64,000 nt of DNA from an uncultured Gemmatimonadales bacterium (GTDB lineage Bacteria > Gemmatimonadota > Gemmatimonadetes > Gemmatimonadales > GWC2-71-9), in the NCBI GenBank assembly GCA_963748035.1, contig CAVVHO010000005.1, positions 1,097,080-1,161,079 on the forward strand, read 5' to 3'. A model generated the notes under the pieces. The model saw nothing but the letters and a program-made list of their open reading frames with translations, had not been told where the DNA came from and made no database searches. A program made the position numbers and the translations under genes. Below, piece after piece: positions 29,007-38,330 of the stretch. Every line of letters begins with the position of its first letter. Position 1 is the stretch's first letter.

Positions 29007-30964
29007 ACTGTCACGACCGCGCCGTAGCCCACCGAATCACCCGCCGCAGGCGTGGTCCGCCGCACACGACCGCTACCGTGCACCGCCACTTCGAATCCGC
29101 GTCGGTGGAGCGCGCTGGCCGCGCGGCGGAGTGATGCTCCAGCCACGTTAGGCACCGGACGTCGACCCGGCTTGGCGGCGCTATCACCCCCAAGCGGCAG
29201 ATCAAGCACCACTCGAGTCGGCTCAGGCACTTCCGGCTGACCGCCAGCCTCGGGCTCGATAGGCTCTGCGGCAGGGCCTGCCAGGCGACTACGGTCGAGG
29301 GCGCTGCGCCTGGCCGACAACGCTTCTTCGAGCATCCCCCGGGTGAGCGGTGCCGCGGTTTCGCCACCATAAACCTTCCGGCTTCTCGGATCATCGATCT
29401 TCACCACCACGACCAACTGCGGGTCCTCCAACGGGAAGATCGAAGCGAAGGACGCGTTATAGTGGCCCGCCTGGTACGATCCCCCGTCATGCCTGATCGC
29501 CGTGCCGGTTTTGCCGACCAGCACCCAATTGGCGAGCTGAGCGGCCTCGGCCGTGCCGCCGCGCCCGACAACCCGGTGCAAGTAGGCGAGCAGCGTGTCT
29601 GCGACCTCGGGAGGGACCGCCCGTCGCACCGGTTCCGGGCGGTGCCGATAGATGACCCTGCCCTTTTCATCGCGAATCTCGCGCACCAGAGTCGGCGTGA
29701 GCAGAATCCCGCGGTTCGCGATCGTGGCGTAGGCCGCGGCGAGCTGTACCGGGGTAACCTCGAACTCATAACCCATCGCGATGCTGGGCTTGCTGAACAT
29801 GTTCCATTGGTCAGGGAGCCGCAGGCTTCCGCGCGACTCGGATGGGAACTCAACACCCGTCGGGCTCCCGAAACCGAAGTCCCGAAGGGCCTCGTACTGC
29901 TCGATCGCCGTGAGTCGATCGGAGAACTTCCCCATCGCAATGTTGCTAGAGACCTTGATCGCGTCGGCCAGCGTCAGGTTGCCATTGGTCGGGTGGGCAT
30001 CATGGATCGATCGGGTTTCGCCGCGCGAGTTGACCTGCATCTGCCACAGCCCGTTCTCGGCGTAGACCTGATCCGTCGACTTCACGCGCTTGAGGGAGAG
30101 CAGTGCACCGGCAGTGAACAGCTTCGCGGTGGATCCGGGTTCGAATGGGTCGGTGAAGAACGACGCCTTGCTCGCGACCCGCTTGCCCTCCACAGTCTGA
30201 CGTGAGGCGAGTGCAAGCAGCTCGCCGGTCCGGGGATCGAGGACCACGATATCGCCCCCAATCGCCTCGAATTCCGTCATGGCGTCCTCGAGGGCCCGCT
30301 CGGCGATCTCCTGCAGCTCCGCGTCCAAGGTGAGGAAGACGTCACGCCCCGCGGTGGGCTCCCGGCCAAGGCGGGAGGGGGACTGGTAGGTCCTTCCTCT
30401 CATGTCCTTGAGGACGACCGCCTCACCCGGAACTCCGGTGAGCAGCGAATCCAGCGCGAGCTCGACTCCGCTCGCCCCGACCCCGCTGTCCGGTATGAGC
30501 GCTCCGATTACGCCGCGCGCCAGAGGCCCCGCCGGATAGTGCCGGGAGTATTGGCCATCGAGGTACACTCCCTTGAGCGGGCGCAGGTCCTGCACCTCTA
30601 ATCCGTTGTACGGTCCGCGATACGCCGCCCATTTTCGGGTAGCCAGATCGCGCTGCACCTGGCTCAGCGACAGCCCTAACCCCCGCGCGATCGTCCTGGC
30701 GTCCCGGGCGCGCTCGCGAAGCTCGTTGGGGGCAACGCCAACTTCGAAGTACTCCTGGGTGAGTGCGAGTGCGACGCCGTTGCGATCGAAGATTCCGCCC
30801 CGGCGAGCCGGAAGCACCAGCTTTTCCCGGCGAACGCGCTCCGCCTCCGCCTGCCACTTCGCGCCTTGGACCAGCTGGAGCTGCGCGGCCCGGCCGAGCA
30901 CCGCCAGCGCACCCAGCACTAGAACGGCCTCGATGAGTCCGATGCGCGCGATCGGCTTGGCCAT
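28994..30964 (-). CDS. ftsI: peptidoglycan D,D-transpeptidase FtsI (class B PBP) with C-terminal PASTA-like domain
   Basis: N-terminal anchor; PGSTAKLF (SxxK), SSN, KTGTA motifs. C-terminus VPNVAGASLRRAASALHRRGFEVAVHGSGRVRRTTPAAGDSVGYGAVVTVW resembles PASTA. Confidence 0.92.
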   Translation of the reverse strand: MAKPIARIGLIEAVLVLGALAVLGRAAQLQLVQGAKWQAEAERVRREKLVLPARRGGIFDRNGVALALTQEYFEVGVAPNELRERARDARTIARGLGLSLSQVQRDLATRKWAAYRGPYNGLEVQDLRPLKGVYLDGQYSRHYPAGPLARGVIGALIPDSGVGASGVELALDSLLTGVPGEAVVLKDMRGRTYQSPSRLGREPTAGRDVFLTLDAELQEIAERALEDAMTEFEAIGGDIVVLDPRTGELLALASRQTVEGKRVASKASFFTDPFEPGSTAKLFTAGALLSLKRVKSTDQVYAENGLWQMQVNSRGETRSIHDAHPTNGNLTLADAIKVSSNIAMGKFSDRLTAIEQYEALRDFGFGSPTGVEFPSESRGSLRLPDQWNMFSKPSIAMGYEFEVTPVQLAAAYATIANRGILLTPTLVREIRDEKGRVIYRHRPEPVRRAVPPEVADTLLAYLHRVVGRGGTAEAAQLANWVLVGKTGTAIRHDGGSYQAGHYNASFASIFPLEDPQLVVVVKIDDPRSRKVYGGETAAPLTRGMLEEALSARRSALDRSRLAGPAAEPIEPEAGGQPEVPEPTRVVLDLPLGGDSAAKPGRRPVPNVAGASLRRAASALHRRGFEVAVHGSGRVRRTTPAAGDSVGYGAVVTVWAE

Positions 30965-30967
30965 GGA

Positions 30968-31228
30968 CTACCGGTGGAGGGAGCGCAGCTTGAGCACTTG
31001 AAACTCTCCATTCTGCGGGAAATGCAGATCCAGCTCCTTTTCGGCCCGATCGCCCAGCACTTTTCGACCGGTCGCAAGGCGAATCTGGCGCTCCAGCGCG
31101 GCGCGCTCTGCCTCCAGAGCCGCGCGCTGCTCACGCAGCTTGCCCACCCGGGTCGCAGCCAATACAGCGGAGGCCTGCCGGGCCTGAATGCCCACGGCGA
31201 CTGCCAGGAACACGAGCAGCCACAGCAT
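30968..31228 (-). CDS. ftsL: cell division protein FtsL-like (bitopic, coiled coil)
   Basis: ATG 31228, 16 nt after the rsmH stop: MLWLLVFLAVAVGIQARQ..LREQRAALEAERAALERQIRLA. Position between rsmH and ftsI. The longer 160-aa track ORF overlaps rsmH and is less likely. Confidence 0.7.
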   Translation of the reverse strand: MLWLLVFLAVAVGIQARQASAVLAATRVGKLREQRAALEAERAALERQIRLATGRKVLGDRAEKELDLHFPQNGEFQVLKLRSLHR

Positions 31229-31244
31229 TACCCAGTGGCGACCC

Positions 31245-32162
31245 CTAAACTTCGATTTTGCGGAAGATGCGGAGGGTGGCACTCCGGGCCCTCGGGTTGG
31301 TGGAGGTCTCGGTATCCCCAGGTCGAATCGCTTTCCTGGGCTCGATCCGTCCCAGCGGTCGGCCCCGGCAGGTACAGAGCGGCGCCTCGGGCGGACAGAT
31401 ACACTGGCGGGCCCAGTCCTGAAAGGTGTGCTTGACGATCCGATCCTCACCGGAATGATAACTGATCACGGCAAGCCGCCCGCCGGTCCGCAGGGCGTCC
31501 CGCATTTCGGGGAGGGCCTTCGCAAGGGCCAAGAGCTCACCGTTGAGCGCGATCCGCACGGCCTGAAACAGCCGGGCGAAGTCGCCGGGCCCGCTTTGCG
31601 GACCGCGAACCGCGCGGATGGCGTTGACCAGGTGGTCGCTGATTGCAAAGGCCTCGTTGCCGCGGCGCCGGACGATCTCTCGGGCCAGTCGCGCAGCGCG
31701 CGGCTCGTCACCATATTCGGCGAAAATCTCTCGGAGCTCCGATTCCGGAGCCCGGTTCAGCAAGTCGGCCGCAGTGGGGCCGCTCTGGCTCATTCGCATG
31801 TCGAGCGGCGCACCAAGCCGGAAGCTGAATCCGCGCTCGTCCTGATCCAGCTGATGGGACGAGACGCCGAGGTCCAGCAGAATAAACTCCGGGCTGAACT
31901 GCCGGATCGCCTCAAGCGCTTCATCGGAGGCATAGGAGGTCTGGAGATACCGCATGCCGGGCTCTCCCAGGCGCTTCCGGGCCGCGGCGAGGGCGTCAGG
32001 ATCCCGATCGATGCCGAGGACCTCTGCACCGGTTTGCCGGAACAGAGCGGCGTGGCCACCTCCACCCAAGGTTCCATCCACCACGCGTTGAGCTCCAGCG
32101 GCGGCCGCCACAAGCTCGTTGCCGAGCACAGGCGCATGGTAGGTCGAGCTGACTTCGGTCAC
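31245..32162 (-). CDS. rsmH: 16S rRNA (cytosine1402-N4)-methyltransferase RsmH
   Basis: GTG at 32162: VTEVSSTYHAPVLGNELV..VDGTLGGGGHA..LLDLGVSSHQLD..ISYHSGEDR. The track ORF extension would run through tRNA-Asp, so it was trimmed. Confidence 0.92.
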   Translation of the reverse strand: MTEVSSTYHAPVLGNELVAAAAGAQRVVDGTLGGGGHAALFRQTGAEVLGIDRDPDALAAARKRLGEPGMRYLQTSYASDEALEAIRQFSPEFILLDLGVSSHQLDQDERGFSFRLGAPLDMRMSQSGPTAADLLNRAPESELREIFAEYGDEPRAARLAREIVRRRGNEAFAISDHLVNAIRAVRGPQSGPGDFARLFQAVRIALNGELLALAKALPEMRDALRTGGRLAVISYHSGEDRIVKHTFQDWARQCICPPEAPLCTCRGRPLGRIEPRKAIRPGDTETSTNPRARSATLRIFRKIEV

Positions 32163-32236
32163 GACTGCGCTCCGCTCCTGCCTAAAGCAGCGCACCCCGC
32201 CCGCGCGCGCGGACGGGGTGCCGAAGAATCGGGTGA

Positions 32237-32311
32237 CGGGGCTGACGGGGCTCGAACCCGCGACCTCCGCAGTGACAGTGCGGCACTCTAACCAAGCTGA
32301 GCTACAGCCCC
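32237..32311 (-). tRNA. tRNA-Asp (GTC)
   Basis: Hand-folded: ggggctg ta gctc agcttggtta gagt g ccgca CTGTCAC tgcgg aggtc gcggg ttcgagc cccgt cagcccc g. Anticodon GTC, discriminator G, CCA not encoded. Confidence 0.9.
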
Positions 32312-32401
32312 CAGTAGCGGGCCGAGAATATAGGCTCCGGCCAGCGGGGATGGTAGTGGGTCGACGACCACCGCACACCGATTCTCCGTCTCACCAACCG
32401 G

Positions 32402-34150
32402 CTACTTGCAATAGACTCGCAACATCGAGCCGGTCCGCTGCTTGAGACCGGAAAGGTATCGCACCATCTGGTCCCGAGCCTGCTTCTGGGCCGCGTAGGA
32501 TTCCGCGGCCGAGAATGCCGATTCGGCCTCTCCGGTCATACTGTCGATCTGTTTGGCGAGATCACAGGATTTCTGGGATTCGGCTTGCTTGTCGCTAACC
32601 GCGATCAGGTTCACCAGCGCCAAACCGAGGAAATGGCTGGCGATGGGAGCCACCTTGCCGGTCGGGTTGGCAAGCCTGAGGATTGCGCGCGTGCTATCGG
32701 CGAGCCCCTGCCAGTTCTGCGGCGGCTGCAGCATGGGGGTGACGCCCTGGAGCATGAAGGCCGCGGCGCCATCCTTGGCTTGCGCGTCACCATAGCGGGC
32801 CACGAGGGCGACGAAAGGATCCGACCCCTTGTAGTTCTTCGCGTCCTGCAATGCCTTTGCCTGCTGCAACGCGAACCCCACGGCTGACGCGGTATCCCTG
32901 TTAACGAGTGCGCTCAAGGCAACGAGCAAGCTATCGTTGAGTCCCACTTGCGCGTAGGCGCCGACCACCTGCTTCTGCAGGGAGAGATTCTGCGGGAACT
33001 TCCGGAGCGCCGCCGAGGAAAACTTCACCAGCCGCGCCGTGTCCGGCCGCTGGCTCGCGAACACCAGGTACTTGACGTAGAAGCTGCTGTCGGCGCGCGC
33101 CGAATCCAGCGCCACGATCTGCTCGAGGTCGTCCAGCGCTCCGGAGTAGTTCTCCCGGAAGGCGCGGGCGTTGGCCCGGAGTTCGAGGAGATCCACGTTG
33201 TTCGGGTCCAGTTTCAGGCCGTCGTCGGCCACGCCCTCGGCCACCTCCGGACGGCCGTAGCTGAGGAACTTCTTGAACGCCAACTCGCGCAACGGCTGAT
33301 TCGTCGGCGCAATGAGCAGCATCTGTTTCAGCGCGTCGATCGTCCGGGTCGTGTCCCCGGCGGCCTCGTAACCCGCGGCGAGGTTGGTCCACGCCGGCAG
33401 GGTCAGCGGATCGCCCTTCACGGCGGCCTGGAAGTACGTCATCGCCTCGGCGCTATCGGCCTTCTTGCCGCGTGCCAGCGTGATGCTACCGAGGCAGAAG
33501 TTGGCCAATCCGTTGGTGGGCATCGCGGCCAGCGCCTTCTTGGCCGATGCAATCGCCTTTTCGGGCGCCAATTTCGACTGGTCTACACAAGCCTTCGCGT
33601 CAGGCCACGCTTTGACGGCCGTGGTGAAACTGTCTGCGACCTTCGCACCGAGATCGCCTGCGGCCTGCCCGGGCGCCTGCGAGAGCGTCACCACATTGCC
33701 GGCATCGTCGTTGAGACCTGCCATCCGCGACGTGATGCTGTACTTGCCTCCCGCGTCCTTCGAAATCGTCGAGACCACCAGGACCTTCGCATTCAGCGAC
33801 TGCGCCAGCGCCCGGAGTGGCAGCTGACCCAGAATTGCATCCGGTGGATAACCGAATTGCTTCAGGGCCTCATTCATCTCCGCTCGAGTCACCACCCGAA
33901 ATTGGGTATTAACCACTTTGTCCAGCCGGGAGCGAATCCCCTCACCCATGGCAACGGAGGGCGCCGAGTCCTGAGGAGTAAACGAATGGGGGTTCCCCAC
34001 CAGCAATCGCGGCGCGCTCGAGGTGGCGGTCTGGCTGGACGGTCGACGAGTCGGAATCTGGGCGGACAGTCCGGCCCAGATTCCGCTGGCAAATGACACT
34101 AGTGTGAACAGACGAGCCACGCGCATCCGCGGTCTCCTGATGAGAGTCAT
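32402..34150 (-). CDS. secreted TPR-repeat protein
   Basis: Signal-like MRVARLFTLVSFASGIWAGLSAQ. Multiple TPR-like helices (..MTYFQAAVKGDPLTLPAWTNLAAGYEAAGD..LELRANARAFRENYSGALDDLEQIVALD..). Confidence 0.65.
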   Translation of the reverse strand: MTLIRRPRMRVARLFTLVSFASGIWAGLSAQIPTRRPSSQTATSSAPRLLVGNPHSFTPQDSAPSVAMGEGIRSRLDKVVNTQFRVVTRAEMNEALKQFGYPPDAILGQLPLRALAQSLNAKVLVVSTISKDAGGKYSITSRMAGLNDDAGNVVTLSQAPGQAAGDLGAKVADSFTTAVKAWPDAKACVDQSKLAPEKAIASAKKALAAMPTNGLANFCLGSITLARGKKADSAEAMTYFQAAVKGDPLTLPAWTNLAAGYEAAGDTTRTIDALKQMLLIAPTNQPLRELAFKKFLSYGRPEVAEGVADDGLKLDPNNVDLLELRANARAFRENYSGALDDLEQIVALDSARADSSFYVKYLVFASQRPDTARLVKFSSAALRKFPQNLSLQKQVVGAYAQVGLNDSLLVALSALVNRDTASAVGFALQQAKALQDAKNYKGSDPFVALVARYGDAQAKDGAAAFMLQGVTPMLQPPQNWQGLADSTRAILRLANPTGKVAPIASHFLGLALVNLIAVSDKQAESQKSCDLAKQIDSMTGEAESAFSAAESYAAQKQARDQMVRYLSGLKQRTGSMLRVYCK

Positions 34151-34193
34151 TACCGGTGCAATGCAACAGGCGTACCGGAAATCAAGGCAGCAG

Positions 34194-34268
34194 TGGGCGA
34201 AGAGGGATTCGAACCCCCGACATCCTGCGTGTAAGGCAGGCGCTCTGAACCAGCTGAGCTATTCGCCC
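34194..34268 (-). tRNA. tRNA-Val (TAC)
   Basis: Hand-folded: gggcgaa ta gctc agctggttca gagc g cctgc CTTACAC gcagg atgtc ggggg ttcgaat ccctc ttcgccc a. Anticodon TAC, CCA not encoded. Confidence 0.9.
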
Positions 34269-34277
34269 GGAAAAGCC

Positions 34278-34301
34278 GACGCGCTCCGGCCAGAGCGCGT
34301 T
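34278..34301 (-). terminator. possible intrinsic terminator after the small membrane protein gene
   Basis: Stem acgcgct (34279-34285) / agcgcgt (34294-34300), 8-nt loop. On the minus strand it is followed by cggcTTTTcc. It abuts the tRNA-Val 5' end. Confidence 0.4.
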
Positions 34302-34329
34302 CGGACACTGCCATGGCAAGAGGCGCTCG

Positions 34330-34521
34330 CTACAGCGCGATCCCGAGCGGGAACAGCACACAGTAGCCCAAGACCAGCAGCGCTGCAGCACCCGTCGTCC
34401 CGCCGGCGTGCAGCCAGACGTATCCTACAATGAGGGAGACGACTGCTGCGGTCAAAAGCAGGACATTTCGCCGGCCAAACCGGAGCTTGGCGCCCGGTGC
34501 GGTGGAGTCGGAACTTGGCAT
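34330..34521 (-). CDS. small two-TM membrane protein (DUF3098-like)
   Basis: 63 aa: basic N-terminus KLRFGRRN, then LLLTAAVVSLIVGYVWL and AAALLVLGYCVLFPLGIAL. Confidence 0.5.
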   Translation of the reverse strand: MPSSDSTAPGAKLRFGRRNVLLLTAAVVSLIVGYVWLHAGGTTGAAALLVLGYCVLFPLGIAL

Positions 34522-34532
34522 GGGGGTTGAGC

Positions 34533-35505
34533 TTACTGTGTCGGGCCGTCCCGGTCAACGGGGCGGGGATCGGCCTCCCGTTCCGGGGTGACCTCCGGCT
34601 CCTGTTGCACCACCCAGCCGTCATCCAGCGCGGCTCGGCGAGGACGATCCCTTTGCCGACGGTACCAAAGCAGTCCACCCAGGCTGAAGGCGATGACTCC
34701 CCACATTCCCCCTGCGGCCAGCCAAGTGAGGACGCTGTACCGACGCCGCAGAGCGTGCTGCCAGGTGTCCTCAAACCGATCGGGGGAGAGTCCCGTCGCG
34801 GATTCCAGCGCGCTATCAAAAGGCTCACCCGTTCGAGAGCCGGGCCAGAAGCGGTTCAAGCCCGCCCGGTGGCGGGCGCCGGGCGATTTCGGCCACCGCC
34901 GATGCGGCAAGGGCGTATGCGAGATCGGCCGCTGCGGCGGATCCCCTGAGCATCTCGTCCAGCTCGGCAAGGGTCGGAACCCTCCCTGAAGCGACCGCCA
35001 GGTTGAGCTCCAATCCTTCCATTCGGCCCAACTCGCCCGAGCCCCATGCCGCGTAGCCCTCATCAAACCATAGGGGGAGTCGGCCGGATACCGCCACCCT
35101 GAGGATCAGATGCCCCAGCTCATGCCGCAGAGTCTGATCGAGATCCGGCAGGTCAGCGCGGAGGAGGATGGTGCGTGCGCCGGGGAAGGCCACGCCCGCT
35201 CCCCAGCCTGGCGCCCGCCCATGCGAGAGCCTGGCGAGTGCGGCGGAATCATCGGCCAAGACCAGCAGGAAGGGAGGCGGTACCCGTCGACCCAGGCCGG
35301 GCCATTCCAACGGCCGCTCGGCGCGCTCCGCCAGCGCCACCGCGACACCCTGATGGGCCGGCGACGCCACTACCGTCACCTGCCCGACCTGCACGGCGCC
35401 AGGAGGCGTCTGCCAGCCGACCAGGAACAGGGTTAGGAAGAGCCGCGCGGGGGCTCCCCACCACCGGCGGTAAGGTCCAGCATTTCCTTGCAGCGCTTGC
35501 CCCAC
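34533..35505 (-). pseudogene. putative HExxH zinc metallopeptidase (MA-clan-like) with C-terminal TM; +1 frameshift at 34825-34831 as sequenced
   Basis: Upstream frame: ..LRHELGHLILR..LWFDEGYAAWGSGE..GLEPLLARLSNG*. The +1 frame continues EPFDSALESATGLSPDRFEDTWQH..TM MWGVIAFSLGGLLWY. Junction aac-ggg-tGA-g. The start is uncertain (GTG 35505 proposed; the track uses TTG 35577). Span = 3n+1. Confidence 0.5.
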
Positions 35506-36308
35506 GGATTGAACTTGTTGGCCTTGAAGCCATCGCTCCAGGTGGTCTTGGCGGCGTCCTTGTCGCCCAAGAACCAACTGGCCCGGCCCAGCTCGTAGTA
35601 CGCCTCGATCAGATTCGGCCCGAGCTGCACGGTCTTTTGGAAGAACGTCACCGCGTCTTCGAACATCTCCCTTTCCAGATAGACCAGGCCCAGATAATAG
35701 TGTGCGTACAGCGTGGCCTTCCGATCGTTGTCGAGGCGGATGGCCTTGGAAAGGTGTTCGATGGCCTCCCCGAAGATCCGCTTCTTGAGACAGATGTAGC
35801 CCACGTTGATCCGGGCGAGCGAATTGGCGGGTTCTTTCATCAGCACCCGGCTGAACGTTGCCAGCGCATCGTCGTAGTCCTCATGCAGCATCTGCGCCCA
35901 GCCCAGCAGCGACTGCGCCTGGGTCTCCGATGGCGCGAGGGACAGGGCCTTGGTGAGCGCCTGAATCGCTCCCGCGTAGTCGCCCAGCGAAATCAGACTC
36001 CAGCCCTTCTCGATGTAGGTCGACGCGCCGATGTGGTCCTGCTGCACGACGGGCCGGGCACCGGTGAACTGCGGGGCCTGAGCCGTCTCCGCGGTAGCCG
36101 CGACCTGCTTGTACCGCTCGACCAGTTCGCGAATCTCTTCCTTGACCTGAGTCAGCTCCGTGAGCGCCACGTCCACTTGTTTGAAGAAGGTGATGATCTC
36201 CCGCTTGACCGCCTCGCGCTCGGCCGACGAGGTCGCCCGGTCGAGTCGGCCCCCGATCTCCTGATACTGCTGGCGGCATCCCGCGATCAGCGGATCCAAG
36301 TTAGTCAT
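35433..36308 (-). CDS. coiled-coil + TPR protein (last Che-cluster gene)
   Basis: ATG 36308, 5 nt after the reconstructed cheW stop: MTNLDPLIAGCRQQYQEIGG..coiled coil..TPRs (GDYAGAIQALTKALSLAP, EDYDDALATFSRVLMKEP, FGEAIEHLSKAIRLD, FEDAVTFFQKTVQLGP). The track merges it with cheW into a 452-aa ORF because of the frameshift. Confidence 0.75.
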   Translation of the reverse strand: MTNLDPLIAGCRQQYQEIGGRLDRATSSAEREAVKREIITFFKQVDVALTELTQVKEEIRELVERYKQVAATAETAQAPQFTGARPVVQQDHIGASTYIEKGWSLISLGDYAGAIQALTKALSLAPSETQAQSLLGWAQMLHEDYDDALATFSRVLMKEPANSLARINVGYICLKKRIFGEAIEHLSKAIRLDNDRKATLYAHYYLGLVYLEREMFEDAVTFFQKTVQLGPNLIEAYYELGRASWFLGDKDAAKTTWSDGFKANKFNPWGKRCKEMLDLTAGGGEPPRGSS

Positions 36309-36313
36309 CTCAC

Positions 36314-36791
36314 TCACCGCAACGCCTCCGTGAGAGCCTGCCGCTCGGCGCTGGGCAGCAGCCGGGCGGCATTGAGAATCATGATGGTGCGGCCAGACCG
36401 ACTCGATGAGCCCGCCCGCGACGTCACCCGGCAAGCCCGCAACCTCACTCGTCGCCTGCCGGATGATCCGGGTATCGACCCGCAGCACTTCCGTTACCTG
36501 GTCCACTACCACGGCCAGTGGGAGCGCCTCGGCCACCAGCACCATGGTACGAGTTTCCTCTCGGCTGGCAGCGTCCAGACCCGTCCGCCGCCGCAGATCG
36601 AGCAGGGGGACCGTTCCGCCTCCGAAGGAGAGGAGCCCCTCAACGAACCGAGGACCCTTTGGCCACGGCGCAGGCTGCTCGTGTTTGAGAATCCGTTCAA
36701 CCTGGGTGATGCTGAAAGCGAGCTCCCGATCTCCGAGTCGGAACACCACGAACTGCAGCTCATCCCCAGTGGGCACCGCGCGCCGGCTCAT
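36314..36791 (-). pseudogene. cheW: chemotaxis coupling protein CheW (copy 2), +1 frameshift near 36391-36400 as sequenced
   Basis: ELQFVVFRLGDRELAFSITQVERIL..FVEGLLSFGGGTVPLLDLRRR..VVDQVTEVLRV..AGGLIES. The canonical C-terminus GRTIMILNAARLLPSAERQALTEALR* then appears only in the +1 frame (stop 36314-36316). Span 478 nt = 3n+1. Confidence 0.85.
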
Positions 36792-37861
36792 CGCCGCGGA
36801 ATCTCCCGGAGCAGCGCACCGACCCGTTCGGCGATCGCCCCGAGGGGCAGCACCAGGTCCGCTCCACCGGTCTCGAGCGCGGCGCCAGGCATGCCATAGA
36901 CCGTCGAGGTGCTCCGATCCTGGGCGACTCCTACTCCACCGGCGTCATGTACAGCCCGCAGCCCAGCCGCGCCGTCGCGGCCGAGGCCGGTGAGCACCAC
37001 TCCCAGCGCTGACGGTCCGAAGGCGGCGGCCACTGAATGGAACAGGGGATCCGCAGCCGGGCGTACGCCCCACACCGAGGCCTCCTGATCGAGTACAAGA
37101 CGGAGACCGCCCGGCGCCATCACGACGCGCATATGATAATCTCCGGGCGCGATGTAAGCGGTGTCCGCTTGCACTGTCATGCCGTCTTCCGCCTCCACCA
37201 CACGGTGTGCGCTCAAACCGTCCAACCGATCAGCCAGACTCCTGGTAAACCCGGCCGGCATATGCTGGACGACCAGCACACCCGCCTCAAGCCCGACCGG
37301 GAGACCCGGCACCAGTTCGGCAAGTGCCCGGGGACCGCCGGTGGACGCGGCGATGGCGACACAGCGACGGGCTTCGCCTTCAGGCCGTGCGAACGAGGCG
37401 TGGCCACCGCTGGTCCGCGGCCGGGCGAGGACCGGAACTCGGCGGACATCGGCGGCGAGTGCCGCGCGAAGCGCGGCCAGCAGCCGGGGCGCGATGCGGA
37501 GCGCCGAGACCCTTCCCTCGCTGTCGTCCTTGCGGACCAGCTCGACCGCGCCCAGCTCCAGCGCCCGAATCGCGCTGGGCGAGCCCGCGCCCGCGTGAGT
37601 GCTGACGACCACAATTGGGCGCGGTGACTCCGACATGATGTAGCCAATCGCGTCGAGCCCCCCCAGCTCCGGCATCTCCAGGTCCATCGTGATCACGTCG
37701 GGCTGCAGGGCGTGCACTTGCTCCAAGGCCTGTAGACCGTTCGAAGCGGACCCTACTACACGGAATTCGCCTGACCCCGCGACCAACTCGCTCACCAACC
37801 TGCGGAAGAAGGGACTGTCGTCCACCACCAGGACACCGGGAAGCTCAGAGGACTTCTTCAC
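36788..37861 (-). CDS. cheB: chemotaxis response regulator protein-glutamate methylesterase CheB
   Basis: REC: VLVVDDSPFFRRL..DVITMDLEMPELGG. Methylesterase: AIAASTGGPRAL..VVQHMPAGFT..GMPGAA. The GTG 37861 start is proposed (VKKSSELPGVLVVDD); the track start 37951 overlaps cheD heavily. Confidence 0.92.
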   Translation of the reverse strand: MKKSSELPGVLVVDDSPFFRRLVSELVAGSGEFRVVGSASNGLQALEQVHALQPDVITMDLEMPELGGLDAIGYIMSESPRPIVVVSTHAGAGSPSAIRALELGAVELVRKDDSEGRVSALRIAPRLLAALRAALAADVRRVPVLARPRTSGGHASFARPEGEARRCVAIAASTGGPRALAELVPGLPVGLEAGVLVVQHMPAGFTRSLADRLDGLSAHRVVEAEDGMTVQADTAYIAPGDYHMRVVMAPGGLRLVLDQEASVWGVRPAADPLFHSVAAAFGPSALGVVLTGLGRDGAAGLRAVHDAGGVGVAQDRSTSTVYGMPGAALETGGADLVLPLGAIAERVGALLREIPRR

Positions 37862-38330
37862 GCTTCCCGACCGTGCGGACAACGACGCGCCCATCCTCGA
37901 CGTAGAACCAGACTGACCGGCCGCAATAGCCTCCCACCGATTCCCCCACAATGGGTATGGCCAGCTGGTGCAGGGTTTCCCGAACCGCGATGACGTTGCG
38001 GTCTCCCATCTGGATCGAGCCCGCCGGAACCAGGTTCGCGAACATGCTTGCCCCGCCGACCAACCGCGCTATCAGCCGGCGTCGATCCGCTCCCAGCGCC
38101 AGCATCGCTTCCACCAGCGCCGGACACGCTGTTTGCGGAAAGCGACCGGGGTGATCCCCGCTGCGCGTGAGCGAGCACGAGGGCAGAAGGATGTGCGCCA
38201 ATCCGCCGACGGCGCTTCGCGGATCATGGAGGGCAATAGCCACACAACTGCCCAGACCGACCGTCGAGAGCACGGCATCACCGCTGGCCGACTGCAGGTC
38301 GGCAACCCGTACCAGAATCTCCGTCGGCAT
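37845..38330 (-). CDS. cheD: chemoreceptor glutamine deamidase CheD
   Basis: LSTVGLGSCVAIALHDP..GGLAHILLP..GGASMF..IGDRNV. Confidence 0.92.
   Translation of the reverse strand: MPTEILVRVADLQSASGDAVLSTVGLGSCVAIALHDPRSAVGGLAHILLPSCSLTRSGDHPGRFPQTACPALVEAMLALGADRRRLIARLVGGASMFANLVPAGSIQMGDRNVIAVRETLHQLAIPIVGESVGGYCGRSVWFYVEDGRVVVRTVGKREEVL

Noticed and set aside
32163-32236. Search for mraZ upstream of rsmH
   Set aside because: Only 74 nt lie before tRNA-Asp, and there is no ORF.
32327-32332. TATATT (minus strand) about 15 nt upstream of tRNA-Asp as a -10 promoter element
   Set aside because: Plausible, but there is no convincing -35 element and I cannot test it, so it is not reported as a feature.
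35175-36899. 574-aa plus-strand ORF
   Set aside because: Antisense to the TPR/cheW/cheB genes. No motifs.
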